From Isurus oxyrinchus (lineage: Eukaryota), in NCBI GenBank assembly GCA_026770705.1, contig JANJGN010000026.1, positions 35,588,001 through 35,652,000 of the forward strand: 64,000 nt of DNA, given 5' to 3'. Position 1 is the stretch's first letter. The number at the start of each line of letters is the position of its first letter. A program made the position numbers and the translations under genes. Below the pieces are notes generated by a model. That model did not search any database, had not been told where the DNA came from, and saw nothing but the letters and a program-made list of their open reading frames with translations. Shown piece after piece: positions 1-12,803 of the stretch.

Positions 1-1189
1 GATAATCAAAAGATGTCACAGACAAAAGAACAAAAGAACACAAAGGTGTTGAAGGTAGTGATATTATCTAAAGGAATGTGCTAATTATGAATGGATGGTA
101 GGGATGAGAGGAAGTGAAGGGGCAGGTGTTGCATCTTTTGCGTGGGCATGGAGAGGTGCCATAGGTAGGGGTTGAGGAGTAGGGGTTGATGAAGGAGTGG
201 ACAAGGGTGTCCCGGAGGGAACGATTCCTACGGAATGCCGCTGGCGGGGGGTGGGGGTGGGGTGTAAAGGAGAAATGTGTTTGGTGGTGGCATCATGCTG
301 GAGTTGGCAGAAATGGTGGTGGATGATGCTTTGAATGCAGAGGCTGGTGGGATGATAAGTGAGGACAAGGGAGAACCTATCATGTTTCTGGGAGGGAGGA
401 GAAGGCATGAGGGTAGATGCGCAGGAGATAGGCCAGACACGGTTGAGGGCCCTGTCAACGACCATGGGTGGAAAACCTCGGCTAAGGAGGAAGGAGGACA
501 TGTCAGAGGAACTGTTTTTGCAGGTAACATCATGAGAACAGATGCGACAGAGGCGAAGGAACTGAGAGAATGGGATGGAGTCCTTACAGGAAGTGGGGTG
601 CGAGGAGCTGTAGTCGAGGTTGCTTTTGGAGTCTGTAGGCTTGTAATGGATATTGGTGGACAGTATATCACCAGAGATTGAGACAGAGAGGTCAAGGAAG
701 GGAAGGGAATTTTCAGAGATGGACCATGTGAAAATGATGGAGGGGTGGAGATTGAAAGCAAAATTAATAAATTTTTCCAAGTCCCGACGAGAGCATGAAG
801 CAGCACCGAAGTAATCATCGATGTACCGGAGAAAAAGTTGTGGAACGGGGCTGGAGTAGGACTGGAACAAGGAACGTTCCACATACCCCATAAAGAGACA
901 GACATAGCTGGGGCCCAAGCGGGTACCCATAGCCACACCATTTATTTGGAGGAAGTGAGAGGAGTTAAAGGAGAAATTGTTCAGTGTGAGAACAAGTTCA
1001 GCCAGACGGAGGAGAGTAGTTGTGGATGAGGATTGTTCGGGCCACTGTTCGAGGTAGAAGCTAAGGGCCCTGAGAACATCCTGGTGGGGGATGAGGTGTA
1101 GAGGGAATGGACGTCCATGGTGAAGACGAAGCGGTTGTGGCCAGGGAACTGGAAATTGTTGATGTGATGTAAGGTGTCAGAGGAATCAC
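1..1189 (-). mobile_element. Penelope-like retroelement, RT fragment plus 3' tail (degenerate)
   Basis: ORF 85-936(-) has the PLE-type RT motifs 'AMGTRLGPSYVCLFMG', 'FLRYIDDYFG', 'LPFLDL' and 'IPFSQFLRLCRICS'. It is colinear with the longer copy at 18693-21100. Confidence 0.88.
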
Positions 1190-2072
1190 TTCCTCTCTCC
1201 TCACCGTCCAAGGGCCCAAGCATTCCTTTCAAGTGAAGCAGCATTTCACTTGCATTTCACCCAACTTAGTCTACTGCATTCGTTACTCCCAATGTGGTCT
1301 CTTCTACATTGGAGAGACCAAGCGTAAACTGGGCGACCGCTTTGCAGGACACCTGCGGTCTGTCTGGAAGAATTACCCAAACCTCCCTGTCACTTGTCAT
1401 TTTAACACTCCACCCTGTTCTCTTGCCCAGATGTCTGTTCTTGGCTTGCTGCATTGTTCCAGTGAAGCCCAATGCAAATAGGAGGAACAGCACATCATCT
1501 TCCTACGAGGCACTTTACACCCTTCGGGACTGAATATTGAATTCAACAACTTTAGATATTGAACTCCCTCCTCCATCCCCACCTCCTTTCAGTTTCTTCC
1601 CCCACCTTCTGTTTTTTCCAATAATTTATGTGGATTTTTCTTTTCCCACCTATTTCCATTATTTTTAAATATTTTATGCCCTGCTACTCTTTCCACCCCA
1701 CCCCCATTAGAGCTGTACCTTGAGTGCCCTACCATCCATTCTTAGTAAGCACATTCGTTTAGATAATATCACTACCTTCCACACCTTTGTGTTCTTTTGT
1801 TCTTTTGTCGGTGACATCTTTTGATTATCTGCTCCTATTTCTGCTTGCTTGTCCCTACAACCACACCACCACCCCACCACTTATCTCCCCGCACCCCCCC
1901 CCCCACCAACAGACCCCCCCTCCCCCACCTTAAACCAGCTTATATTTCAACCCTCTCCTTATATGCACTCAGTTGTGTGGAAGATTCATGAGGATTCGAA
2001 ATGTCAACTCTTTTCTTCTCCGCCGATGCTGCCAGACCTGCTGAGTTTTTCCAGGTCATTCTGTTTTTTATT
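1186..2072 (+). mobile_element. Penelope-like element, GIY-YIG endonuclease fragment and 3' repeat, inverted relative to the adjacent RT
   Basis: ORF 1233-1481 'LVYCIRYSQCGLFYIGETKRKLGDRFAGHLRSV' is a GIY-YIG signature. 1727-1829 is the reverse complement of 1-103. Confidence 0.85.
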
Positions 2073-2878
2073 TTCTGAAGCATTGTCTTCCAGAGATCGG
2101 ACTGATGACACTCCCGAAGTTCAAGAGATCTCCCGCACACTTTGCCATGTATTAAACGAATCACAGCTCTTATACAGCTTCCAGCTTCGAAGACAGTGGT
2201 TTTCCGGTTTTATTTCTGCATTGATTTCCATTCCTCCATAACTCCCACTTGAACCACGATGTGTGCTCACAGCTCAAGTCCGCGAGGGTCACTGTAAATG
2301 CAGTGAGACAACTTTGCTGGACTCTCTCTGTATCAACACGCATTGTGCTCACTAAATGTATCACAATTGTATTGAAGCTGCTCAGAGTGCAACATGATCT
2401 ATGTCGATAACTTGAATAGCGTTGCACTTTCTGACTGTCTGTAATGACCATGTTGAAATGCCTGTAATGTTCATTGATTGTATTGAAGGTCCTCATGTCC
2501 TATGTTGAAAAGTTGAATATGATTGCAACTTTTGTGATGATCACTTTGAAATGTTATGGAATGTTCTTTCAGGTATTTTATGAATAAAGTATATTTTTCT
2601 CCAAAAAAGCATAGTACTCATATTTATTTACTGGGATCTCACTTGGTCTTTCGGATTAAACATGGAGCTGCAATGGATTTATCTACCTTACCAATGTTAG
2701 AAATAAAAGTCATGAATCTATCGCTTCAGCTGTTTGTTCACCGACCTGGAACTAAAGTGTATGTTGTAGCTTAATTACCCCTCTGGAGACTGTCAACTGG
2801 TATAAATGAGGGACCCTTTGAAAGCGTCGCAGATTTAAGATGTGCATCATTCAGAATCTCTTTGGTTTCTGAAAGACG

Positions 2879-2948
2879 ATGCACGGGCCAGAGAATGGAG
2901 CATTCTATGCCGTTTACTACCCCGTTCTCGCTTTTATTGGTGTCCCGG
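2879..2948 (+). pseudogene. Orphan exon 1 of a GPR139/GPR142-like class A GPCR (MHGPENGAFYAVYYPVLAFIGVP)
   Basis: ATG at 2879, 70-nt phase-1 exon, GTGAGT donor and TATAAA at 2801. The exon and ~120 bp upstream are homologous to exon 1 at 36833-36901(-). No exon 2 is seen downstream. Confidence 0.7.
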
Positions 2949-4328
2949 GTGAGTTAAGAATCCCAAATAAATTATTTATTTTTTTGTAAATCCCCAAAAT
3001 GCTGTCCCGTCTCTTTCTGGATCGCGCTGAACTTTCGTAATATTCGGCACTGTGTAAGTATAGAGGACTTACTGGATTATGGTGTATTATAGTGCATTAC
3101 TTGCATTTGCATTGTTCAATAAATTATGCGGCGAACTTAGCGAACAACCGTCTATTAGATTGCAGAAATGTTAATTATAATGCATGGCATTTTATGCACT
3201 TTATATTGTTGAACAATAGAAAATATTCTAATGTAGTAAAATGCATTCTGATGTTTTTCGTATTAGATGGAACAATAGCGTATCTTAGAGCCATAAAATG
3301 CATTCCCGGGCACTGATTTTATAAAAGTACTGAAAATTAATCTAAAGCGCAATCATTATTCAAGATGGATCGTGATGTTACAATTCATTCAATGATTCCA
3401 CTAATCCCCAAGGCGGCGCCTGAAAGCATGTTCTAGTTACAACGTTGTGTGTTCCCACTTGGCAATTCCTTTTGTAAATGTGGCCATAGGAATGAATAAT
3501 GGAAACTTTTGGCTGAGGTGAATTGGGGTGCAAGATTTTTAACCAGTTGTCTATTTTGTTGGGTGGGGTTAGGTTTTGTGCATTTAGACTTTATTTTGGA
3601 TAATTATGTTTTTTATTGAATAATGGCATGTGGCTGGCACTGGGAGGGTCAGCATTTATTGTCCGTCCCTCCTTTCCATTTGAGGAATTTGAGTTGCACT
3701 TTTTTATCTTGAGTCTCTGCAGCACGAAAGGTGTAAATGTTTCACAGAATTCTTGACAAACAAATTTGATAAGGAATCGCACAAAGATATATGAGGCCAG
3801 ATGTCAAAACGTTTGATCAAAGAAGTACGTTTTTAAAAACAATTGAAAAATAAGTAAAGAGAGACGGAGGGTGGGTTCGGAATTCTTTATCTCAGAAGAT
3901 GAAAGAATAAATTTTAGTGATGGAGCGGTTAATATCAGGGATGCTCATGGGAGCAGAGTTGGATGTACGCTGTGATCTCAGATTGTTTTAAGGCTGCAGG
4001 ATTTTACAGGGATCTGGAGTGGCGACGCTAAAGATCGGTTTGAAAATCAGGAAGAGAATATTGAAATTGAGGCTTTAACGGACAAGGGTCCAGTGTAGCT
4101 CAGTGAGCAAAGTGGTGATTGATCAACGGGACTTGGTGTGGGTAAGGGTATGGGGAGCAATTTCTTTTTTGAATGAGTTCAATAACGATGATTTAGACAA
4201 GGATAAAAAGAGCAATAAAACTGCGGTAAATAGACCTGTCTATTTTGCTTTCCAGGAACCCAGGATGAAACTCTTCCCATCCACAAAAGCACATAAGAAA
4301 GCTTATCGAAGCTGTAAGTGCTCACTGA

Positions 4329-4367
4329 GGTTTTTGTACGGGGTTCTAGCTGTGATCTAACGCTGTG
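4329..4367 (-). other. 23-RSS (CACAGCG-23-ACAAAAACC)
   Basis: Heptamer 4367-4361, spacer 23 nt, perfect nonamer 4337-4329. Confidence 0.92.
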
Positions 4368-4896
4368 CCTCATTGCACAGTAATACACCGCCCCGTCCTC
4401 CACACTCAGTTCGCTTATGTTGAGGTAACCGTTCTTTTGAGACATATCAGCAGCTGCCAGATACCGTCCTGAAAGTTCATTTTTCTTCAGTGCTAAGACA
4501 TTGGTAATAATCCATGTTGGTGGCTGTGCCGTCTGCTGCCGATACCATTGCATGTAGTTTAGATTCCGATCTGTATATTCACAGTCTAATTGCACCGAAC
4601 CCCCTTCCGACGCCGTTATTGCGACCGGGGACTGAGTTACTGGATCTGCGCATCGTCCGCCTGTGAGGTAGAGGAATGAAATATCAAGCGGTTAAACAGT
4701 GTTGATCTCAATTTGTTTGTAGCTGTTTGGGTTTGCAGAACCTCCTATCTACCTAGCTGTCCATACTATGGATATTTCTGATCGTGAATTCTATTAAATA
4801 CTATCGCAATCTCTGTACACTAATCTACCGATCTGCCTTGATTAACTAAATCCAGTACTTACTGTCGAACAGCGCCGTCAGTATTATCAGCAACAT
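4368..4896 (-). CDS. TRAV/TRDV: TCR alpha/delta V segment, apparently functional (leader 4896-4863, V exon 4660-4368)
   Basis: MLLIILTALFD|SGRCADPVTQSPVAITASEGGSVQLDCEYTDRNLNYMQWYRQ...LSVEDGAVYYCAMR. GT/AG phase-1 intron; Cys23, Trp41 and YYC are present. Confidence 0.92.
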
Positions 4897-5820
4897 GTCA
4901 GACTGAATCTCTCTCTCAACGAATGTGAATGGAATGAGCGAGAGACGGAGAAGGAGAGAGGGAACCGAGGCTCTGCCCAGCTCATTGTTCCACCCGCACA
5001 CTGCAGGGGGCAAGGCCCATTGTGACCTCACTCAGGAAACCATCCCTATTGGTTTCGGCTTTTCCACCACGTGACTTATTGACGCCCATACTTGAATTTG
5101 GCACCCTCCGCTGGTGATTTCGGTTAAACCAGTGTTCGGATGAGGCCGTTGAATAGATTCAGGGTTTATTGAAATGCATATCAAGAAACGAATGCTCCCC
5201 AAGAATCTGAATTGGACCTGTTCAGACAGTCTTTGCGGCTGCTGATGTTTGGGTTGGGCTTGATGTTAAATCTGTAGAAATGATTGCTGGAGTTCTCTGT
5301 CCAAATCCTGAGCACTACGAAGTAGAAGGAATGTCAAGAGTTTGGAGAAAGTGCGGACGCTTCACATCAGAATGGCGCCAGACATGTGGACATTTATGCG
5401 AACAGACTAGGCAAACGTGGATGCTTATCCTCGCAACAAAGAAGGTGGAAGAGAGATTCAATTGATGTGCCAAAAATTGTCCTTTATTCAGAGTAGAACG
5501 CTGTTTCTTCCATTGTCAGAAGATTCAATAACCGAATCACTTCGATTTCATGAAAAGATTATAGGGAAAGATTTGTTTTATTTATTACATTGCATATGTT
5601 ACCATCTTGAATACGATGCTTGAAATAATGGAGAAAGAGGATTCAATCATAAATTTCAATGCGGAATTGTCATAATTTGGAAAAGGAAAACAACGTGGAA
5701 AATGCGGGCTCTGAAAGGCGATTGGGATCGGTCTTTCAAATAGACACAAATACGCTAAGTGGAGTCCTCATTCCACCCCCTAACTTACAATGCTTCTGCT
5801 CCCTTCCTGCCACTCCCACA

Positions 5821-6000
5821 CTATTTATTCTCAGTCACTTGATGAGTGAACAGGTGCACGATGCTCACGGTTTCCTGGAGCTTCAACCGTCGCTATTTCC
5901 GCTGCAACACTTCCGGCTGCAGCTGTTCGTCGCCGCGCACTTGTATCAGTTTTCAATCTGCTGCATCCCCGGCCACAGCTTCCGTTTGTTCCTCTCCTCA
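5821..6000 (+). promoter_or_regulatory. Orphan copy of the upstream/promoter region of the 12.8k/14.2k V family
   Basis: Aligns to the reverse complement of ~14797-14970 (shared ccgtcgctatttccgct and atcccc(g)gcc(a/g)cagcttc/tcgttt blocks). No V exon follows. Confidence 0.55.
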
Positions 6001-6018
6001 GACCCGAATTTGTCAAAA

Positions 6019-6262
6019 ACAGTTTGATCTTTAATTGATTTGACAGTTTGATCGTTAATCGATCTGAGAGACTTAAGTTGAAAAATGAGGTACTTCCTGG
6101 AGGCGATGTGGCCCGTTAATCGTATGTCTAGAATTAGCACAAAAAGGCGGAAAAGAGTTTAATCTCTAATGGATCTGAGAGATAGTTTAATCTCTAATCG
6201 ATCATGGGAGACAGTTTTCTCTCTAATTCATCTGAGAGACAGTTTGATCTTTAATTGATCAC
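6019..6262. repeat. Degenerate ~28-30 bp tandem repeat (acagtttgatctctaattgatctgagag)
   Basis: The unit recurs about 6 times; a single related unit lies at ~25678-25710. Confidence 0.7.
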
Positions 6263-7410
6263 TTTATAGACATATATCTCTCTGTGTATGTATGGTTCTC
6301 CTTGGCCTCGTGTGGCTGTGTGTGCGTGCTTGAGTTGATGCACTTCAGAGTACGTGTTTGATTTTACATGTCTGTGTGTGCACCTGCAAGTGCTTTTATG
6401 TATTTCCCTGTGTGCTTATCTCTGCGTGTGTCCTTTGTGTGGGTCTGTGCCGCCATAGTTTTTCCAATGCCGTGTCAGAGGCTTCGCCTGGACACAGCAG
6501 GGCTCTACTGGGACATTTGATGAAGAATTTTCAACCCAAATACAGTTGAATTAGGTCAGTAACCTCCATACTTTTGTGCTAATTCTGGACATGTGATGAA
6601 TGGACCACATTACCTCCAAGAATTACTTCACGTTTGAACTTAATAAAAAACAGGAGTGAATAGTCCCACAGAGAGAAAAGAGAGTAAAATAGGCAGAAAG
6701 TGATATTGAGAGAAAAAGAGTAACCCAGAGGGAAACAAGTAGACAAAGCTAGAGGAGAAAGAGGAAGTGAGAGGGAGAAACAAGTAGTATTGGGGGGGGG
6801 GGGGGGGGGCGGAGAAATATGGGGTGATGTTGGCGGGGTGCAGAATGTGCGGCATTCTATGTGAAATCCCTCTTTATACCGGCTGTGCGTATTAGTCATG
6901 GTCATTGAGAAGCTTTTTTAACGGGAGACTCGAACACTGGTCAGGGAACAACTTTAAATATTACCCATTATCGTTCCGCATCAAAGATTGACCCCCTTAA
7001 AGAAACTATATCGGCTTCAATGCAGTTTTCATTATTCTCTACTTCAGAGCGTAGTCGCTGAGTTGATGTTAGACTGAGGTTGCTAGATCTATGGGTATGA
7101 AGAGACCTGGATTTAGTGCAGGAAGGTAGATGAGAGTTAGATAGGTAGATTAGAGATAGCTGGTGCTGCAGGGTCGAGAGACCGAATGCCCGACTCCAGC
7201 TCTTGTTTCATATGTTCTTATGCTCTCTCTCCTTATTTGGAGCTCTCTGGCGTCACGAATTGAAGGAACTGTGAGCTGATTGGGTGAATTGAAGGACAAA
7301 GAGCTGTGAACTCAGCTAGGAATAAACCAATCGGGCGCGGGACTGGATATTATTCAACATCTTCTTAACTCTTCACTAAAACAATTCTGGTTGGAATCAG
7401 TCTATTCAAA

Positions 7411-7975
7411 TCCACCATCGGCTCTGCAAACATATTGTCTGTTCATTCTTCACAGCTGCGATTCTCTTAACTGGTAAATAGCCAAGTTACGCAATTTTCA
7501 TTTTGCAGGCTATACTGGCACAGTGATCTTCCTTTTAACTATGTTTTCCTTTTATTTGTAAAGGGCTCCGTTAACATGATAACCCTGATTGTAACAGTGA
7601 TAATAAAAAGTTGAAGTTCTGTACTTTGAATTTTCTGCAGACTCGGTGTTACAGGAGCCGGTTGCAGGGGCACAGTTTGAAGGAGACTCGCTGACCATTA
7701 ATTTCAGCTATTCGACCACGATTGGTTTCTGCTTCTTGCAACTGTACCGTCAGGAAGGCGAGAGAGCCCCCACAATATTGACCTGTATCCCTTCCGCTGG
7801 GGTTGTTTTCACTGCAGAGGGCGCGAGGGCTCGATCATCTGCATCTCTCGACACTTCCAGAAGTGAGGAGAATTTCGCCATCCGTGACCTGCGGCTGCCT
7901 GACAGCGCGGTGTATTACTGCGGGCTGAGAGACACAGTGACAGGAACCAGAGGGAGCCTTCCTCGTAGAGGAACA
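7411..7975 (+). pseudogene. TRAV/TRDV: TCR V pseudogene, paralogue of 26222-26723 (V exon 7641-7932 open; leader lacks ATG; nonamer degenerate)
   Basis: DSVLQEPVAGAQFEGDSLTINFSYS...LRLPDSAVYYCGLR. CACAGTG at 7933-7939, but the nonamer homologue AGAGGAACA lies at a 27-nt spacer. Confidence 0.85.
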
Positions 7976-8998
7976 CTGCAGAAACGTGACCCGTTGAACG
8001 GAATGGCGGGTAGAGTGGGGAGGAACAAAGACTTTCAAAGCATCTAACCGGAATGTGCTCATTGAAAGTAAATCCAAATAAGTAACAACCGGCTAGCAGC
8101 AGGTGCGGCATTTCGAAATTTTCCATTTACATTGAATGCATTCTGAACATCATGTAAAATGTGTTCAGAAAATTCATCCCATTTTGTAAATGAGAGGTAC
8201 AACGGCAGAAATGCTGAGCAAAGTAGTTGACCTTATGTTCCAGCCGGTACAGGGGGTACATACAACACAAATGCAGCATCAGTTATATATCACTGAAGGG
8301 ACGCGCAGCAAAGAAGAACAAAGGCTTTGCATTTTCATGAAGCCTTATCTGGTGTGTTCATATTTCCCAAAGCGCATCCAGTGCTCAAACTTTCTGACAT
8401 TGTTAAAAAAAAAGCTTTAGTATTCAGTCGGTTGTCTGAACATCTGTTCCGGTGCCTAAGACACAGCAGCCTGTCCTTGTCGATTATGCAATCTATTAAT
8501 CATTGTTCATCAGCTTCTAATCATGTCTTGAAAATAACCTCTTTGTGCCTGTTTATATTATAGATTCTTAATTTCAATATATGGAAGCAACTAATATTGA
8601 GAGATATTTAATGAGACCATTATCTTTATTCGGATCCTCCTCACCTGGTGGCCTTATGTCCCACAACTGGTTATTTCAACTTAAAAGAGAAACATTTGTT
8701 CCTTTGCCGTGAGTTATTTTATAAACAGCAGTGCACCGATATAAATGGATCCCGGCCACCTTCATGTGTTTGTATTCTCAATGGATATGGCGACCACTGA
8801 GACATTCCCAAATAAACAACAGGATTCTGCCCCACACATTTAATACAGTAATCAGACTGAATCAATATTCAATGTGAGCGATTTTAGATGGTGCTTATGT
8901 GGATTGTGTCCGTACATGATGGACTGACGTGTCAGTGTCTGACCCGCTGTTATAAACATCCCTCAACAGACACCAGCTGTGCCCCAGAAAACTGCAGC

Positions 8999-9037
8999 AG
9001 TTATTGTGCGAGGTTTTCTCTCGTTCCCATCACTGTG
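8999..9037 (-). other. 23-RSS (CACAGTG-23-ACAATAACT)
   Basis: Heptamer 9037-9031, spacer 23 nt, nonamer 9007-8999. Confidence 0.9.
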
Positions 9038-10078
9038 AGACTCTGTGCACAGTAATAGACCGCGGCGTCAGACAGCCGCAACTCCGAGATAGTCAATCGG
9101 TACGACTTGTCCGTCTGCTGGACTGTATCAGAAAACCGGCTCTGAGCGAAATCCGCCTTAAATTCTGAACCGCCGCCCGGGAGCCTCCGGACTGCAAACT
9201 CGGGCTGTCTGCCTGGGTACTGCCGGTACCAGAATAAGTAACAAGCATCGTCGGTATAGGTGCAGTCTAAAGCGACATCTTCTCCCTCTGTCTTTGTGAC
9301 TGAGGATTTCCGCTGAGTAACAGAAACTCCATCGCTCAGATCTGAAACACACGGTTAAAGAAAGAGGAAATCAGCGATTAAAACTTTCACGGAACAGAAC
9401 TGAGGGTGAAAATTCACAGCCAGTGTTACATATATTAAATGTAATTTCGAGCATACAACAGTTCATTCGGCCTAAATGGTCCATCTCCGTGTTTCCATCC
9501 CCGAAGAGCATCCTCACTCTCCTAGCAAATCCTTCCAACCTTTTCTTCCTCTTCCACTTATCTCGTTTCCCTTCATTAAAACTAGAGTCTTTGTCTCAAC
9601 TGCTCCTTGTAGCATTGAATTCCTTATTCTAAAAAGTAAAGATAATTGTCATGGATCCCTTATTGAGTCTTTTTCGTGACTCTTATATTTATAACTCATA
9701 CTTTAGAAATCCTCCACAAGTGGAATTATATTTTCCGTCGAACTCCTTAATCATTTTGAAGACCTCTATTCGGTTCCGCCTCAGTTTCTCTTTACCAGAG
9801 GGTAGAACCCCAGTCTGTACAGTTCTTGCTGAATTCCAGTACCATAATTGTAATTGGGTTTCTTTTCATTTTCTTTTGTGGTCTGTGTTCGTCTGATTAA
9901 AGACCAGAACATTTCCCCATAAATCCAAGTGTGGTCCGATCAAGATCCGAAACATGGTTAACATGAATTTTCCGCCTTTTAAATTGATTCTCCCAGAAAT
10001 TAAGGCCACTTTTCAAATTTTAAACTTCTTACCGACAATGAATGTGACCCAGGCCATAGCGAGAACGGAGAGCCGCAT
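9038..10078 (-). CDS. TRAV/TRDV: TCR alpha/delta V segment, apparently functional, with an extra Cys in CDR1 (leader 10078-10033, V exon 9341-9038)
   Basis: MRLSVLAMAWVTFIV|DLSDGVSVTQRKSSVTKTEGEDVALDCTYTDDACYLFWYRQYPGRQPEF...ISELRLSDAAVYYCAQS. Open frame, missed by the ORF track. CRE-like TGACGTC/TGACGTG lie upstream (~10164, ~10224). Confidence 0.92.
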
Positions 10079-12082
10079 TGCTGCTGCTCCGGGGAAGTTT
10101 TGTGTCTCAGAAGTCGGCAGAAGACCGGACAAGAAAAGCTGAGTCAATTGGCTGAGGCGGATCTGACGTCGCTTCCTGAGGATATGGGATCGAAAGAGCT
10201 GAAATCACTGGACCTGATTGGCCTGACGTGACTCCAGCAGTCACGAGTCGGTGTTTATTACAGAGAACTGGGACATTAAGGGTGTATTCTCTCTCTGTGA
10301 CCTTATGAATTGGCATGGGGTCAGACTCTGACGTTCATCCATGTGGGACCTGGGTCAAATCCAGGCCAGGGAGAGGGTGATGGTCTCCAACTTGTGATTG
10401 GTTACAGGGTGTGCCAGCGGATCAAACACTGACCTTTCCCTCTCGATGAATTGGGTTCGAAACCAGTGGTTAGGACAATTATTATTTGTGATGGGCACGA
10501 ATCACATCAGTGGGTTTAATGTTCTTATTTCTCCTGTACTTAAATCGAGCTCATAAAATGAATAAAGTCCGCTTCGGGTTTTGGAAACGAAGACCTTACT
10601 ATTTTGCGGGGTGTTAGAAGCCGTTTTTGTGGTTGGGCCCAGATATGAACGACTTGTGCTGTTTGCATTGGCTGCACATTATGGACCAGAGCAACACCTG
10701 GCTCCCCATTCGCCTAAATACCTGTTTTTAAACCCGTCTGTGAGGAAGGTTTGGGGGAGAAACAGATTGAGGCTCAGGGAAAAAAACTGAGGGAGAGACA
10801 GAGTTGAATCACGATTAAACATCCGCAATCTATATTTGGCTTATGGTTTTCATAGCAGTTTTCATGAAACGGGTATTATACCGGGTGGTTAAAAGTCGCC
10901 CATATTTCTATTGGTAAGCGGAACGGGCAAAGACCCTGGATTGCTTTCCGTCAAAGACATTATCGAGCCAGCTGGGACTTATGACCATCCAACAGTGTCG
11001 TGCCACCACCAGTACTAGCTTTAATCCAGGCGTTTATTTTATCAGCAGAAATTAAATTCCTCAAGTGCCGTGGTCTGAATGCAAATCAAGTAGTCGGATT
11101 ATTAAACCAGTTACCTCAGATTGCCAGTATGGTAACATAACCACAGAATGCGCGGGCCCATAGCTGCTCCAGTACACAAACACGGTGTGTGCGCTTCGTC
11201 TTGTGCTGATGTGTGGCAAATAGCGTTTTCCCGACAATTCACTAGATTCGCATATTACTGAATGATGTTCTTGCTTGATTATGCCGCGTTCTTCTTGTTC
11301 TTCTTACCCCTATTATAATATTCTTTAATACAGGTGAACCTATGCATGGAACCAGTACCAACTCCAGTTCAAATTCTAGTGATTGTCTTTGTTTATTTTC
11401 AAAATGCCAGGCATACCTGTTAATTCATGCTCGTTTTAAGCATAATGAAATGACAGAGGTCCCGGTAAGATTCCGACATTTAAATGTCCACGCAAAGAAA
11501 TTATGTCAGTTTGACTCCTGATTCACACCTAACCTATATAGTGTGGGATTTAAGTGTAGCTGCTTCCATTTTAAACATGTTTCTGCTCTGTGGTTTTTAT
11601 ATATTGTCTATTATATCTTCCCCTAACACTTGAGCGCGTTGTTTGGAGAACTCTTTGAATGGTAGATTGGGAGATATTGGACTTTCTACGTTCTGCACTC
11701 CCAGGAACACGACAGAAGGAGACAGAGAGATAACAATTGAAAGAGGGGAAGGGGCGCAGAGAGACAGGAGCGAAAGAGGCTCAGAGAGACGGAACGACTG
11801 AGAACGGGAGAGAAAAGAGATTGAAAGGCAGACATAGGTACGAAGACAGAGCCATTGACATGGAAAAACATAGCGATACAGGAAGACAGCCAGATCAAGT
11901 TGTTGATGTACAATTAACATTAATTGGTGCACAACTGTCGTCAGTACTGAGAGACCAGGCAATCCTATACCTGTGAATCGCCCCCGAGTTTCCAAATGCA
12001 GGGTAAGTGAAGCCTCTCCCGGATATCCGTTTACTCTTTCATGTCGGAATAGAAGTCATTCTGTTAGTCTAAACCAGGCACC

Positions 12083-12445
12083 ATGTGACCCCTATATTCC
12101 TAATATTGGTCTTGCTGCCCGGTGAGTTTGTTTTTAATGATCAATGTCTCTTCCATGGATTATATTCACCGTCAGATATTTAGTAAGTTCTGTAATGTGT
12201 TACAGAAACTATTGGCGAAGATGAATTGTCTCAGGGCCCCTCTGAATTAACAGCTCTGGAAGGGCAGACCATAATACTGAACCGCAATTAATCGACAATT
12301 GGTGCTCGAACTCTCTCCTGGTGCGTCAAGTATCCTGGGATGCTCCGGGATATTTATTGAAGGTACACAGCGCGGGAGATACGTCTCAGGATTTTTCAGA
12401 CAGGTTCTCAGAAAATCATAGAAAGATAGCGGAGCTGAAAGAGGT
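12083..12445 (+). pseudogene. TCR V relic (stops, frameshift, 3' truncated)
   Basis: Leader ATG-TGA...CTGCCCG|gtgagt; exon ETIGEDELSQGPSELTALEGQTIILNRN*...SWCVKYPG/APGYLLKVHSAGDTSQDFSDRFS. No RSS. Confidence 0.7.
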
Positions 12446-12763
12446 TACTTGGCGCATCATTGTCTGCGCCGGCTGAAAAACGAGTCACCCAGTCTAATTC
12501 CACTTTCCACTTTAAACTCCTACCACTTTAAATTGATCGCTGAGTTACCAGTTGAAATCAGCAAAATATAAAAATGCAATTGCACAAGTGAGACTTGCCT
12601 GATTTTGCTAACTGTGGTTTTGTTACTATTTTGGTGGTGGTGGTGGGGATAGGGGGGTGGGTGGGGAGGGGGGGGGGGGGGGGCGGTGGGCGGGTTGTGG
12701 TGGGGGATATCCCAGATATTCCCACTGTGGAGGCTGTTTGGGAGCTTTGTTTTGTCGGTGTGA

Positions 12764-12779
12764 CAGCGCCCTCTGGCGA
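12764..12779 (-). promoter_or_regulatory. CTCF motif ~24 bp 3' of the V nonamer (others at 14086, 18174, 28986, 40637, 42563, 43320, 61562, 62837)
   Basis: TCGCCAGAGGGCGCTG is close to the consensus CCACCAGAGGGCGC. Confidence 0.7.
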
Positions 12780-12803
12780 GCACCAACTGCAAACCCCAGT
12801 GTT

